Source: Deltaproteobacteria bacterium (lineage in GTDB: Bacteria; Desulfobacterota; Binatia; Binatales; Binataceae). From it: DNA of 64,000 nucleotides. Location of the stretch: the NCBI GenBank assembly GCA_021801125.1, contig JAJYYI010000119.1, forward strand, positions 20,191-84,190, written 5' to 3'. A program made the translations under genes and the position numbers. The notes beneath the pieces were generated by a model. It made no database searches. It saw only the letters and a program-made list of their open reading frames with translations, and was not told the DNA's origin. Shown here one piece after another: positions 39,484 to 49,317 of the stretch. Position 1 is the stretch's first letter. The number at the start of each line of letters is the position of its first letter.

Positions 39484-42351
39484 ATGGCAAATCCAATTAG
39501 CGAGGTCCAAAAGTTCGGTCAGAGCATCTGGTACGACTTCATTCGCCGAGGACTCATTACCTCAGGCGAGTTGCGCAACATGGTCGAGGAGGACGGCCTG
39601 CTCGGCGTGACCTCGAATCCGTCAATTTTTGAAAAGGCGGTCACCGGCAGCGACGATTACGACGAAGCGATCAAAGCGCTGGTCAAGCAGGGCGTCGGCA
39701 CCTCCAAGGACATCTATGAGCGGCTGGCGATCGAAGACATCCAGCTCGCCGCGGACGTTCTACATCCCGCTTACGTTCGCACCGGCGGGCGCGACGGTTT
39801 CGTAAGTCTCGAGGTCTCGCCCTATTTGGCAGACGACACTCAAGGCACGATAGAAGAGGCGCTGCGGCTTAGGGCGGCGGTTGGCCGCGACAACGTGCTG
39901 ATTAAAGTGCCGGGCACGCCTGCCGGCTTTCCGGCGATAAAAGAGCTGATTTCGCGCGGCATAAGCGTCAACGTGACTCTTCTTTTCAGCATCGGCGAGT
40001 ACCTCAAGGCCGCCGACGCGTACCTCAGCGGGCTTGAGGCGCTGGCCGCCAAGGGCGGCGCGCTCGGCAAGGTGGCCAGCGTGGCGAGCTTCTTCCTAAG
40101 CCGCATCGATACCCTGGTGGACGCTCGCGTCAGTGCGTTGCTCGACCAAGAGCAAGATCCCAAGCGGCGAACGCTGCTTAAGCGCTTCATCGGCCAAACC
40201 GCGATCGCCAGCGCCAAGGTCGCCTACGCGCATTATCGGGAGATCATCGAGAGCGGGCGCTGGAAAGCGCTGGCGGCCAAGGGCGCAATTCCTCAACGCC
40301 TGCTATGGGCCAGCACCAGCACGAAGAATCCGAAATACCCCAAGACGATGTACGTCGACGCGCTTATCGGTGCAGACACGATAAACACCGTTCCCGCCGA
40401 GACCTACAACGAATTTAAGGCTCACGGGAAGGCGCGTGCGAGCCTCACCGAGAACTGGGAGCAGAGCGTGGCGCAGGCAAGCGAACTGCTGCGATCCTTC
40501 TCCACGGTCGGCCTCTCGCTCGACCAAGCCACCGACGAGTTGCGCGCCGACGGCGTCAAAAAATTCTCCGAGGCGTTCGACCAGTTGCTTGCCGCCGTCG
40601 AGAAAAAGCGCGAAGCCGTATTGGGCGACCGCCTCGACCGACCAGCCTACGCGCTGGGCTCCGCCGCCGCGGCGGTCAACGAGGTTCTCGAGGACTGGCG
40701 CGCGGGCGGCAAGGTGCGAAAGCTATGGGCAAAGGACGCCACCTTGTGGACCAACGCAGACGAAAGTGAATGGCTCGGCTGGATGCACGTCGTTGAGACG
40801 CAGCGAGAACACAGCGAGAGCTTCGCCATGCTCGCGCAGGACGTCAAGCAGGCCGGCTTCAAGCACGTCTTACTGCTCGGGATGGGCGGCTCGAGCCTAT
40901 GTCCCGACGTGATGCGTCGCACATTCGGTAAGCTCGCCGGCTTCCCAGAACTGCTGGTGCTCGACTCGACCGTCCCGGCGCAGGTGGCGGCCTTCGAGCG
41001 CCAGATCGATCCGGCGGCAACCCTGTTCATCGTGTCCTCGAAATCCGGCACCACCACGGAACCGAACGTCTTCTTTCAGTACTTCCGCGAGCGAGTAGCC
41101 AAGGCGATTGGCGCCGGCAAGGCCGGGTCGCGCTTTGTTGCGATCACCGACCCTGGCACCGCGCTGCATCAGTTGGCCAAACGCGGCGGCTTCCGCCATA
41201 TTTTCTTCGGCGTGCCCAGCATCGGGGGACGCTACTCGGCGTTGTCAAACTTCGGGATGGTGCCGGCGGCGGCGATGGGCCTGAACGTCAGCAAATTCCT
41301 GGACAATGCTGAAATCATGCTGCACGCGTGCGCTTCGTGCGTTCCGCCCGAGAAGAATCCCGGCGTGACGCTGGGGGCGGTTCTCGGCGCGCTGGCGCGC
41401 CAGGGACGTGACAAGGTGACGTTCGCCACCTCGCCCTCGATCTCAAGCCTCGGCGCATGGCTGGAGCAGTTGCTCGCCGAATCCACCGGCAAGACGGGCA
41501 AAGGGCTGATCCCGGTGGATGGCGAAGAGTTAGGGCCGCCGCAAGCGTACGGCGATGATCGTATCTTCGTCTACACTTCGGTCAGCTCGGAAACATCGCC
41601 CGCGCATCAAGCGGCGCTGGCGGCGCTGGAGCAGGCGGGCCATCCGGTGGTGCGCATCGCGCTCAAAAACTCCCTGGAGCTGGGTCAGGAGTTCCTGCGT
41701 TGGGAATTCGCAACCGCCGTAGCGGGTTCGGTTCTCGGTATCAACGCCTTCAACCAACCCGACGTCGAGGCGAGCAAGGTTGCCACCCGCAAGCTCACCG
41801 CGCAGTACGAGCAGAGCGGAGCGCTGCCCGCCGAAGCGCCGATCCTCAAGGACAGCGGGTTGAGCCTTTTCGCGGACGAGCGCAACGCCGCTGCTTTACG
41901 CGGCGCGGCGAAAAGCCAGGACGTCGCCGGCTTCATCGCAGCCCATCTGGCGCGCCTCAAGCGCGGCGACTACTTCGCGACCAACGCTTACGTGCAGATG
42001 GACGACGAGACGCGGCGAGAGCTTAGCGCAATGCGCATGGCCGTGCGCGACAAGAAGCGGGTGGCCACGACGCTCGGCTACGGTCCGCGCTTCCTGCATT
42101 CGACCGGCCAGCTGCACAAAGGCGGACCCAACACCGGCGTGTTCCTGCAAATTACCAGTGACGACGCGCATGACCTGCCCATCCCCGGCCAGAAGTACAC
42201 CTTCGGCGTGCTCAAGCGCGCTCAGGCGGAAGGCGACTTCCAGGTGTTGGCCGAGCGCGGACGCCGCCTGTTGCGCGTCCATCTGGGCGCGGACGTCGGC
42301 GCGGGGCTGAAGCTCTTGCGCAAAATCGTCGAGCGCGCGCTCGGGGCTTAG
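39484..42351 (+). CDS. bifunctional transaldolase / glucose-6-phosphate isomerase fusion
   Basis: 955 aa. The N-terminal ~370 aa carry transaldolase blocks (QSIWYDFIRR, GVTSNPSIF, LIKVPGT, NVTLLFS). The C-terminal ~580 aa carry PGI blocks (LLLGMGGSSL, FIVSSKSGTTTEP, GGRYSALS). Confidence 0.9.
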   Translation: MANPISEVQKFGQSIWYDFIRRGLITSGELRNMVEEDGLLGVTSNPSIFEKAVTGSDDYDEAIKALVKQGVGTSKDIYERLAIEDIQLAADVLHPAYVRTGGRDGFVSLEVSPYLADDTQGTIEEALRLRAAVGRDNVLIKVPGTPAGFPAIKELISRGISVNVTLLFSIGEYLKAADAYLSGLEALAAKGGALGKVASVASFFLSRIDTLVDARVSALLDQEQDPKRRTLLKRFIGQTAIASAKVAYAHYREIIESGRWKALAAKGAIPQRLLWASTSTKNPKYPKTMYVDALIGADTINTVPAETYNEFKAHGKARASLTENWEQSVAQASELLRSFSTVGLSLDQATDELRADGVKKFSEAFDQLLAAVEKKREAVLGDRLDRPAYALGSAAAAVNEVLEDWRAGGKVRKLWAKDATLWTNADESEWLGWMHVVETQREHSESFAMLAQDVKQAGFKHVLLLGMGGSSLCPDVMRRTFGKLAGFPELLVLDSTVPAQVAAFERQIDPAATLFIVSSKSGTTTEPNVFFQYFRERVAKAIGAGKAGSRFVAITDPGTALHQLAKRGGFRHIFFGVPSIGGRYSALSNFGMVPAAAMGLNVSKFLDNAEIMLHACASCVPPEKNPGVTLGAVLGALARQGRDKVTFATSPSISSLGAWLEQLLAESTGKTGKGLIPVDGEELGPPQAYGDDRIFVYTSVSSETSPAHQAALAALEQAGHPVVRIALKNSLELGQEFLRWEFATAVAGSVLGINAFNQPDVEASKVATRKLTAQYEQSGALPAEAPILKDSGLSLFADERNAAALRGAAKSQDVAGFIAAHLARLKRGDYFATNAYVQMDDETRRELSAMRMAVRDKKRVATTLGYGPRFLHSTGQLHKGGPNTGVFLQITSDDAHDLPIPGQKYTFGVLKRAQAEGDFQVLAERGRRLLRVHLGADVGAGLKLLRKIVERALGA

Positions 42352-42430
42352 TTTTCCACTGACGCGGCGCGCCAGGGCAACCCGCGTGCCGCAAGACGCG
42401 GCGCCAGGCGGCCGGCTCAAGGGCATTACA

Positions 42431-44506
42431 ATGGACGAACGACAAGCGATAGATCAACTGTGCATCAACACAATTCGCACGCTGTCGATAGACGCGGTCC
42501 AGGCGGCAAATTCGGGCCATCCGGGCACGCCGATGGCGCTGGCGCCGATGGCGTACTGCCTGTGGCAGCGCGTCTTGCGCTTTGACCCGGAAGATCCTAT
42601 CTGGCCCAACCGCGACCGCTTCGTTTTGTCCAACGGGCACGCCTCGATGCTGCTGTATTCGCTGCTGTATCTGACGGGCGTGAAGGCGGTCAACGCGGAC
42701 TACGAGCAGGTCGGCAAGCCCGCGGTGACGCTTGAAGACATCAAGCGCTTTCGCCAGCTTGACAGCAAATGCCCCGGACATCCCGAGTATCGCTGGACCT
42801 CGGGCGTCGAGACCACCAGCGGTCCTCTTGGCCAGGGCGTGGCGGCCAGCGTAGGGATGGCGATCGCGGAGCGATGGGCAGAGCAGTACTTCAACCGGCC
42901 CGGCTTCGAGATTATCAACTACCGCGTTTACGCGGTGTGCGGCGACGGCTGCCTGATGGAAGGCATCTCAGGCGAGGCCGCCTCGCTGGCCGGGCATCTG
43001 CAGCTCTCCAACCTGTGCTGGATTTACGACAACAACCACATCACCATCGACGGCAACACGCGGATTACCTTCACCGAGGACATCCCCGCGCGCTTTATGG
43101 GCTACGGATGGAACGTGACCCGGGTTGGCGACGTCAACGACCTCGAGATGCTCGAGCGGGCCTTCGACGTGGCGCGCCACACCGTCGATCGACCGACACT
43201 GATCATCGTTGACAGCCATATCGGTTACGGCGCGCCGCACAAGCACGACACCAGCGCCGCCCATGGCGAGCCGCTGGGCGAAGAGGAAGTGCGCCTGGCC
43301 AAGCAAGCCTACGGCTGGCCGCCTGAGGCGAAGTTCCTCGTTCCCGACGGAGTGCGGGAAAACTTCGCCGCAGGGATGGGCGCGCGCGGGGCTCAACTGA
43401 GAACGGCGTGGAACGAGACGTTCGCGCGCTACCGCAAAAGCTTCCCCGAGATCGCCGCGCACCTGGAGCAGATGCAACGGCGCGAACTGCCGCAAGGATG
43501 GGATCGCGACATCCCGACGTTCGCCGCCGACTCCAAGGGCATTGCCGGGCGCGACGCGTCGGCTAAGGTGCTCAACGCGGTCGCTTCCCGCGTGCCGTGG
43601 ATGATTGGCGGCTCGGCCGACCTCGCGACCTCAACCAAGGTGCGACTGAGCTTTGACGACGCGGGAGAGTTAAGCGCCGACAATCCGGCGGGGCGCAACA
43701 TTCATTTCGGCATTCGAGAACATTCGATGGCCGCCATCCTCAACGGAATTTCGCTTTCCAAGCTGCGTCCGTTCGGCTCTTCGTTTCTTGTCTTCAGCGA
43801 CTACCTGCGGCCCAGCTTAAGGCTCTCGGCGCTGATGGAACTGCCGGTGATTTACATCTTCACCCACGACTCAATCAGCGTCGGAGAAGACGGCCCGACG
43901 CATCAGCCGGTCGAACACCTGGCGGCGCTGCGCGCCATACCGGGGCTTATCGTTTTGCGGCCAGCCGACGCCAACGAAGTCGCCTACTCGTGGCGCCTCA
44001 TAATGGAGCAACGCCATCAGCCCGTCGTCCTGGTGCTCACGCGCCAGGCGCTGCCGGTGCTGGACCGCACCAAGTACGCGCCGGCCTCCGGCGTGCTGAA
44101 GGGAGCGTATGTGCTGGCCGACGCGGCTGACGGCAAACCGGACGTGCTGCTGATGGCCAGCGGCAGCGAAGTCTGGCTATGCCTGGAAGCGTACGAGCGG
44201 CTCAAGGCGGAGGACATCAAGGCGCGCGTCGTGAGCATGCCGTCGTGGAACGTCTTCGAAAGGCAGGACCCCGCATATCGCGACGCCGTCCTACCGCCCG
44301 CCGTGACCGCGCGCGTGGCGGTCGAGGAAGGTTCGACTTTTGGATGGGCACGTTACGTCGGGCCGACCGGACGGTGCATCGGGATGGACACCTTCGGTGC
44401 CTCGGCGCCCATGAAGGAAGTTCAAAAGAAATTCGGCTTCACTCCTGACCACGTAGTGGAGGCGGCTAAACAGCAATTGGGAACCGCCGCGCGGCCCAAA
44501 CGATAA
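42431..44506 (+). CDS. tkt: transketolase
   Basis: Start at MDERQAIDQLCINTIRTLSIDAVQAANSGHPG. GDGCLMEGIS (ThDP motif), HDSISVGEDGPTHQP and the C-terminal domain are present. Confidence 0.95.
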   Translation: MDERQAIDQLCINTIRTLSIDAVQAANSGHPGTPMALAPMAYCLWQRVLRFDPEDPIWPNRDRFVLSNGHASMLLYSLLYLTGVKAVNADYEQVGKPAVTLEDIKRFRQLDSKCPGHPEYRWTSGVETTSGPLGQGVAASVGMAIAERWAEQYFNRPGFEIINYRVYAVCGDGCLMEGISGEAASLAGHLQLSNLCWIYDNNHITIDGNTRITFTEDIPARFMGYGWNVTRVGDVNDLEMLERAFDVARHTVDRPTLIIVDSHIGYGAPHKHDTSAAHGEPLGEEEVRLAKQAYGWPPEAKFLVPDGVRENFAAGMGARGAQLRTAWNETFARYRKSFPEIAAHLEQMQRRELPQGWDRDIPTFAADSKGIAGRDASAKVLNAVASRVPWMIGGSADLATSTKVRLSFDDAGELSADNPAGRNIHFGIREHSMAAILNGISLSKLRPFGSSFLVFSDYLRPSLRLSALMELPVIYIFTHDSISVGEDGPTHQPVEHLAALRAIPGLIVLRPADANEVAYSWRLIMEQRHQPVVLVLTRQALPVLDRTKYAPASGVLKGAYVLADAADGKPDVLLMASGSEVWLCLEAYERLKAEDIKARVVSMPSWNVFERQDPAYRDAVLPPAVTARVAVEEGSTFGWARYVGPTGRCIGMDTFGASAPMKEVQKKFGFTPDHVVEAAKQQLGTAARPKR

Positions 44507-44866
44507 GCCCCGCGTTGTCCGGCAATGCGTCCGCGGGCGTTGCGCTGCGCGCGTCGCGGGTAAATTGTGCCCTAAGCTCGGAGGGTAGTCGCGGCCTGGC
44601 CGCCAAGCCGCCTAAGGCGGTACTCCTTTGCGGTCCGTCTTCCTCGTCTCCTATCCCGCCTGTTCGCAGCGTGCCGGCTTCTACTCCTGCGTATCGATAA
44701 GCGCAACCTCCCTCGGGCTCGAGCACGCGACCTTTGATTTTTCATGGCAGGATGGAGCAGAGTAGATTCCGAGCTTCGGCGGGGGATGCGCGTTGACTTT
44801 GAATTTGTCAGCGCGCCACAGGTCTTGCGTTCCGAAAGCCAGAGCGACAAACACGCTTAAAACGAA

Positions 44867-46096
44867 ATGGACACGGGGTCACAGACATCAGCGCCGTCGC
44901 GCGACGCGCCGCGCCCGATGACCCCGCTTGAGGCCGGCCACACGCTGGCGGCAAGCTTTCTGGGCTGGACGCTTGACGCCTTCGACTTCTTTGTGGTGGT
45001 CTTCGTGCTGTCAAGCATCGCCGCCGACTTTCGCGTCTCCATCGCCGAACTCGCGTTCACCATCACTGCGACGTTGATGATGCGCCCTATCGGCGCGCTG
45101 ATATTCGGGTGGATCGCCGACCGTTACGGCCGGCGGATACCGCTGATGGCCGACGTGATTTTTTATTCGGTGATCGAGGTGCTTAGCGGACTTGCGCCGA
45201 GCTACCGAGTGTTTCTATTCTTGCGCGCGCTCTACGGAATCGGGATGGGCGGCGAGTGGGGCGTGGGCGCGTCGCTGGCGATGGAAGCAGTGCCGCCTCG
45301 ATGGCGCGGCTTTTTCTCCGGGCTCCTACAGCAAGGGTACGCGGTCGGGTATCTGCTGGCGGCCGGAGCGTACTTTTTTGTCTTTCCAGCGCTAGGTTGG
45401 CGCGCGCTCTTCTTTTTAGGTGGAGCACCCGCGTTGCTCGCCTTGTATATTCGCGCTCGCGTCCCCGAGTCGGACGCCTGGCAGCGGACCCGCCCGGGGC
45501 CGCGCGCGATGATTCGGGCGGTTTGGTCAAATCTGCGGCTGTTTATCTATGTCGTGGCGCTGATGACGATGATGAGCTTCGTAGCCCATGGGACGCAGGA
45601 CATGTATCCGACGTTTCTCAGCAAACATCGTGGCCTCGACCCGCGCACCGTGGCGACAATCGCCATCATCTATAACCTGGGCGCGCTTGCGGGTGGCCTC
45701 GTCTTCGGCTTCATATCCGACCAGGTTGGACGCAAACGTTCGATGGCGATCGCGCTGGGATTAGGCCTGCTGGCAGTTCCGCTGTGGATAATGCCGCGCT
45801 CACTCGCCCTGCTGTGCACCGGAGCGTTCCTGATGCAATTCATGGTGCAGGGCGCGTGGGGTGTCATTCCCGCCCACCTTGCAGAACTTTCGCCGCCGGA
45901 GGTTCGCGGGTTGTTCACCGGGCTCGCCTACCAGCTGGGCGTGCTCTTCGCCGCAAACGCGGCTTTCGTCGAGGCGCTTATCGCCGAACGCCTGGGCTAT
46001 GCGGCCGCGCTTGCGCTCGTCGCCGCTATCGTGCTCTTGGGGGGAGCGGTCGTCGTCCTAGCGGGGCGGGAACGGCTGAAAGCGAATCTCGCCTGA
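44867..46096 (+). CDS. MFS transporter
   Basis: 409 aa with 12 predicted hydrophobic segments and the GWIADRYGRR loop 2-3 motif. Confidence 0.85.
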   Translation: MDTGSQTSAPSRDAPRPMTPLEAGHTLAASFLGWTLDAFDFFVVVFVLSSIAADFRVSIAELAFTITATLMMRPIGALIFGWIADRYGRRIPLMADVIFYSVIEVLSGLAPSYRVFLFLRALYGIGMGGEWGVGASLAMEAVPPRWRGFFSGLLQQGYAVGYLLAAGAYFFVFPALGWRALFFLGGAPALLALYIRARVPESDAWQRTRPGPRAMIRAVWSNLRLFIYVVALMTMMSFVAHGTQDMYPTFLSKHRGLDPRTVATIAIIYNLGALAGGLVFGFISDQVGRKRSMAIALGLGLLAVPLWIMPRSLALLCTGAFLMQFMVQGAWGVIPAHLAELSPPEVRGLFTGLAYQLGVLFAANAAFVEALIAERLGYAAALALVAAIVLLGGAVVVLAGRERLKANLA

Positions 46097-46257
46097 ACCA
46101 ACCGAGAGCGACCTGAACGCGCGCGCCCGATGACCCGCAGAATGCCGCATTTCGAGAAATAAGCCGCGTCAACCCAAAAGCTCCGACATCGTCAATCGGT
46201 ATAGAAACCAATCAACCCAATTGACGGCGCGCTTTCGCGCGCAAAGGAGCTATCACG

Positions 46258-46728
46258 ATGAAACGTCAATACGGGGCGGCGGCAGTCGCCTTGGTATTAC
46301 TTCTCGGAGCGAGCCTATCGCTTGCCTACGCCAACCCGTGGCGTCACCACGGGCATCATGAAGTGCCAGGAATGATGGCCGTATGGGCGGTTCTCCAACC
46401 GAGCCAAAAGGACCAGGTAAAGGCCATCTTTGAAAAAGAAGGCCCCGTGCTCAAGGCCCAGCATACAACGCTCAAAATGGCGCGAGTGGCACTAGAGCAG
46501 GCGCTTTTGTCCGGCGGCGACGTGGACGGCGCAACGCGCGACCTGGAAAAAGCCCATAAGGAGCACTTCGAGGAGAGGGTCAAGATCGCCAAACAGATCG
46601 TTGCACTGCTAACGCCTCAGCAGCGCTCGTCAGCCACCGAGCTGTTGTCGAAAGTCGTCAACGCTCATCGCGAGATTGAAAGCGCTTTTGCCGAGGCGCG
46701 CAAACAAGCGGCGGCGAAGACTCAATAA
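46258..46728 (+). CDS. periplasmic Spy/CpxP/ZraP-family (LTXXQ) protein with His-rich N-terminus
   Basis: Signal peptide (AAVALVLLLGASLSLAYA), then WRHHGHHE, a helical body and an LTPQQ (LTXXQ) motif. Confidence 0.6.
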   Translation: MKRQYGAAAVALVLLLGASLSLAYANPWRHHGHHEVPGMMAVWAVLQPSQKDQVKAIFEKEGPVLKAQHTTLKMARVALEQALLSGGDVDGATRDLEKAHKEHFEERVKIAKQIVALLTPQQRSSATELLSKVVNAHREIESAFAEARKQAAAKTQ

Positions 46729-46944
46729 CCAAAACGGCGTTGCTCGCCTGGCGGCGGTGGGACTTATCAGCGACCGCTCGATCGCTCCAAGGCCGGGTCG
46801 AAAGATCACCAGCGGAGCGTATCCGGCAGTCTCCCATCGCCGCCTGCCTTTGCCCGCACCACCGTTTTATCCTTAGTGGAACGGATTGCGACACATAATG
46901 TTTAGAGAGACTTAAGTACCCTATAGGGCGAGAGGAGTTAACAA

Positions 46945-47280
46945 GTGAAGTCACAAATTTCGGCCTGCTTGTTGCTGCTTGCGGGGCTTCTGATGCTACC
47001 GCCGGGAACAGGCGCTCAGACCTACCCTTACGGCGAAAACGCACCCGGGGGCGCTCATGCTGAGCGCCGATTAATGCGGCGCGCGATGATGACGGCTTGC
47101 GCGGACAAGGCGGCAGGAGCAGCGTGCTCTTTCTCGTTTGAGGGGCAAACTATAAATGGTACTTGCCAGTCGACACGCCGCGGCCGGCTAGCGTGCCGCA
47201 GCAACCAGTATCGGCACGGCCCTCACATGCATGGTCCGACGAGCGGAACTCCGTCCTCGAGCACCACGCCACAGCAGTGA
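46945..47280 (+). CDS. small secreted Cys/His-containing protein (hypothetical)
   Basis: GTG start and signal peptide (CLLLLAGLLMLPPGTGAQ). The mature part has 4 Cys, then HGPHMHGP and a Ser/Thr tail. Confidence 0.4.
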   Translation: MKSQISACLLLLAGLLMLPPGTGAQTYPYGENAPGGAHAERRLMRRAMMTACADKAAGAACSFSFEGQTINGTCQSTRRGRLACRSNQYRHGPHMHGPTSGTPSSSTTPQQ

Positions 47281-47519
47281 GGAACCCGCAATAATCTGTC
47301 TCGCCGATTGGGCGTGAGCCGAAATTTTAGCGCTCAAGCGGTGAGCGCTCGGATGCTCCGGATCGAAAGAGTGCGTGGCTACGCGCCTGGCTTTGGCCAA
47401 CCGGCGCGCTAGACGCCGTGCTTTTCTGTGGGTCGTTTGAAGCACGCGGTCAAAAAGATCAACGCTAGGGGTAGCGATCAGCGCGAATTTCGTTAATTGT
47501 CTCATGGTATGCGGTATGC

Positions 47520-47593
47520 GCGCCCGTAGCTCAACTGGACAGAGCATCGGACTTCGGATCCGAGGGTTAGGGGTTCGAATCCCTTCGGGCGCG
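47520..47593 (+). tRNA. tRNA-Arg (anticodon UCG)
   Basis: Folded by hand into a 74-nt cloverleaf. Acceptor stem GCGCCCG/CGGGCGC. D arm GCTC-AACTGGACA-GAGC. Anticodon stem TCGGA/TCCGA with loop CTTCGGA, giving anticodon TCG. T arm AGGGG-TTCGAAT-CCCTT. Discriminator G; no encoded CCA. Confidence 0.85.
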
Positions 47594-47817
47594 CTCTGGG
47601 GAATGTTCAACCCTCATTAGTCGTCTGTACTCCCTGGATTGTTTATAAAACGGCCATTGGGTGCGGCCTCAAGCATATGGAGACCAAGGCACCTGGAATT
47701 AGAGATGCATCAAAAGATGCCGCTTCGCCGTCGTATTGAAAGCCGGGCCGGCATAGCGTAAAGCGTACCCAGAACCGCTCCGCACGTGGCTGAGAAAAGG
47801 AGTTTTTCAAAACGCAA

Positions 47818-49152
47818 ATGACGGCAAGGAAAGAGATTGCTTCCCCGAAGACCAGTTGTAGGTGCCTGCTGTTTTCGCTGGTGCTGGCGCTCTTTGCGAT
47901 GGCGCCCGGTTCGTTGCGCGCCCAAGGCTCGTCGTCGAGCGGGTTAACGATTCAGCGATTTGAGCCCACGCCGATAAGGGTCAAACTTAGCGATCTGCCA
48001 CCACCGTTTGCGACGCCAAGCGCCGGACAGCCGCCGCGGGTTGTTTCCACGCCTGGCGATCCGGCCTTGCAGTTGCCGGCGGGCTTCAGCGTAAGCGTCT
48101 ATGCCGAGGCGATGCCGGATGGACAGCCGCTGCATCAGCCGCGCTGGTTAGCGCTCACCCCTGACGGTTCCGTGCTCGTCACGGAAACGGAAAAACATCG
48201 CATTCGCATTCTGCGTGACCCGCGCCATGAAGGTCACGTTACCGAAAGTCGGATCTTCGGTGATCGTGAGAACGGACTGGAAGCGCCCTTCGGAATGGTC
48301 TTCGTGGACAAGTACTTCTACGTCGCAAACGCCGACGGCATCCTGCGGTTTCCTTATACCGCGGGACAGTTGCAGCTTTCAGGCAAGGGCGAGAAAATCG
48401 CCTCACTGCCTGGCTACGGCGGCCATTGGACGCGCAATCTTCTACTGGCGCCGGACGGGAAGCACCTGTACGTCGCGATCGGTTCGCGCTTCAACGTCGG
48501 CGTTGAAAAGCTGCCACGGGCCTCGGTGCAAATCATCAATCTGGACGGTTCGGACATGAAGACAGTCGCCTCGGGGCTTCGCAACCCAGTGGGCATGGAT
48601 CTTAACCCACACACCGGCGAGCTTTACGTCGTAGTGAACGAACGCGACGGGATGGGCGACAACTTGGTTCCCGATTATTTTACGAGGATCGAGCAGGACG
48701 CCTTCTACGGCTGGCCATTCGCTTACCTCTCACCGTCGCTGATCGACCCGCGCATGACCAAGGATGGTAAGAGCTTACGTCCCGACCTGGTCGCGAAGAC
48801 AACCACACCGGATGTTTTATTCCAAGCGCATTCCGCAACGCTCGGCCTGGCCTTTTATCGCGGCAAGACATTTCCAGAGCCATACCGAAACGGAGCCTTC
48901 GTGACCCTGCACGGAAGCTGGAATCGAAGCATCGGCACCGGGTATAAAATTGTCTTTGTACCGTTTGGGGAGAATAACCGGCCTTTGGGGTATTACCAGG
49001 ATTTCTTAACCGGGTTCATTCTCGATGCCAAAGAGCCGGCAGTGTGGGGCCGTCCGACGGGGATCCTTTCGATGCCGGATGGAAGTTTGCTTTTTACCGA
49101 CGACGGCAACAACCGGATTTACCGAGTCCAGTACGGAGCTGCGCCCACTTAG
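47818..49152 (+). CDS. PQQ-dependent sugar (sorbosone/aldose) dehydrogenase, beta-propeller, secreted
   Basis: Signal peptide, then blocks typical of the soluble sGDH/sorbosone dehydrogenase family (PDGSVLVTE, HWTRNL..APDG, GLRNPVGMD, NERDGMGDNLVPDY, FYGWP). Confidence 0.8.
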   Translation: MTARKEIASPKTSCRCLLFSLVLALFAMAPGSLRAQGSSSSGLTIQRFEPTPIRVKLSDLPPPFATPSAGQPPRVVSTPGDPALQLPAGFSVSVYAEAMPDGQPLHQPRWLALTPDGSVLVTETEKHRIRILRDPRHEGHVTESRIFGDRENGLEAPFGMVFVDKYFYVANADGILRFPYTAGQLQLSGKGEKIASLPGYGGHWTRNLLLAPDGKHLYVAIGSRFNVGVEKLPRASVQIINLDGSDMKTVASGLRNPVGMDLNPHTGELYVVVNERDGMGDNLVPDYFTRIEQDAFYGWPFAYLSPSLIDPRMTKDGKSLRPDLVAKTTTPDVLFQAHSATLGLAFYRGKTFPEPYRNGAFVTLHGSWNRSIGTGYKIVFVPFGENNRPLGYYQDFLTGFILDAKEPAVWGRPTGILSMPDGSLLFTDDGNNRIYRVQYGAAPT

Positions 49153-49317
49153 GCTTGTCCCCGGGGCCGACCATCCGACGAAGACCGGCGTTAACGGAAG
49201 GCCCCTGATAATACGAGCTCGCGTCGCAGGCAGCGTGATCGCACGCCCCCAGAAGCATTTGACTTCGGGCGATTAGATACCAAACGTCACCGTCACAGTG
49301 CGCGTGGAGAAACCCAG

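Noticed and set aside
47188-47610. 140-aa minus-strand ORF
   Set aside because: It runs straight through tRNA-Arg on the opposite strand, so it is an artefact.
47520-47820. tRNA-Arg as an att site of an integrative element
   Set aside because: There is no integrase, excisionase or transposase anywhere in the window, and I found no repeat of the tRNA 3' end by eye. It is kept only as a low-interest finding.
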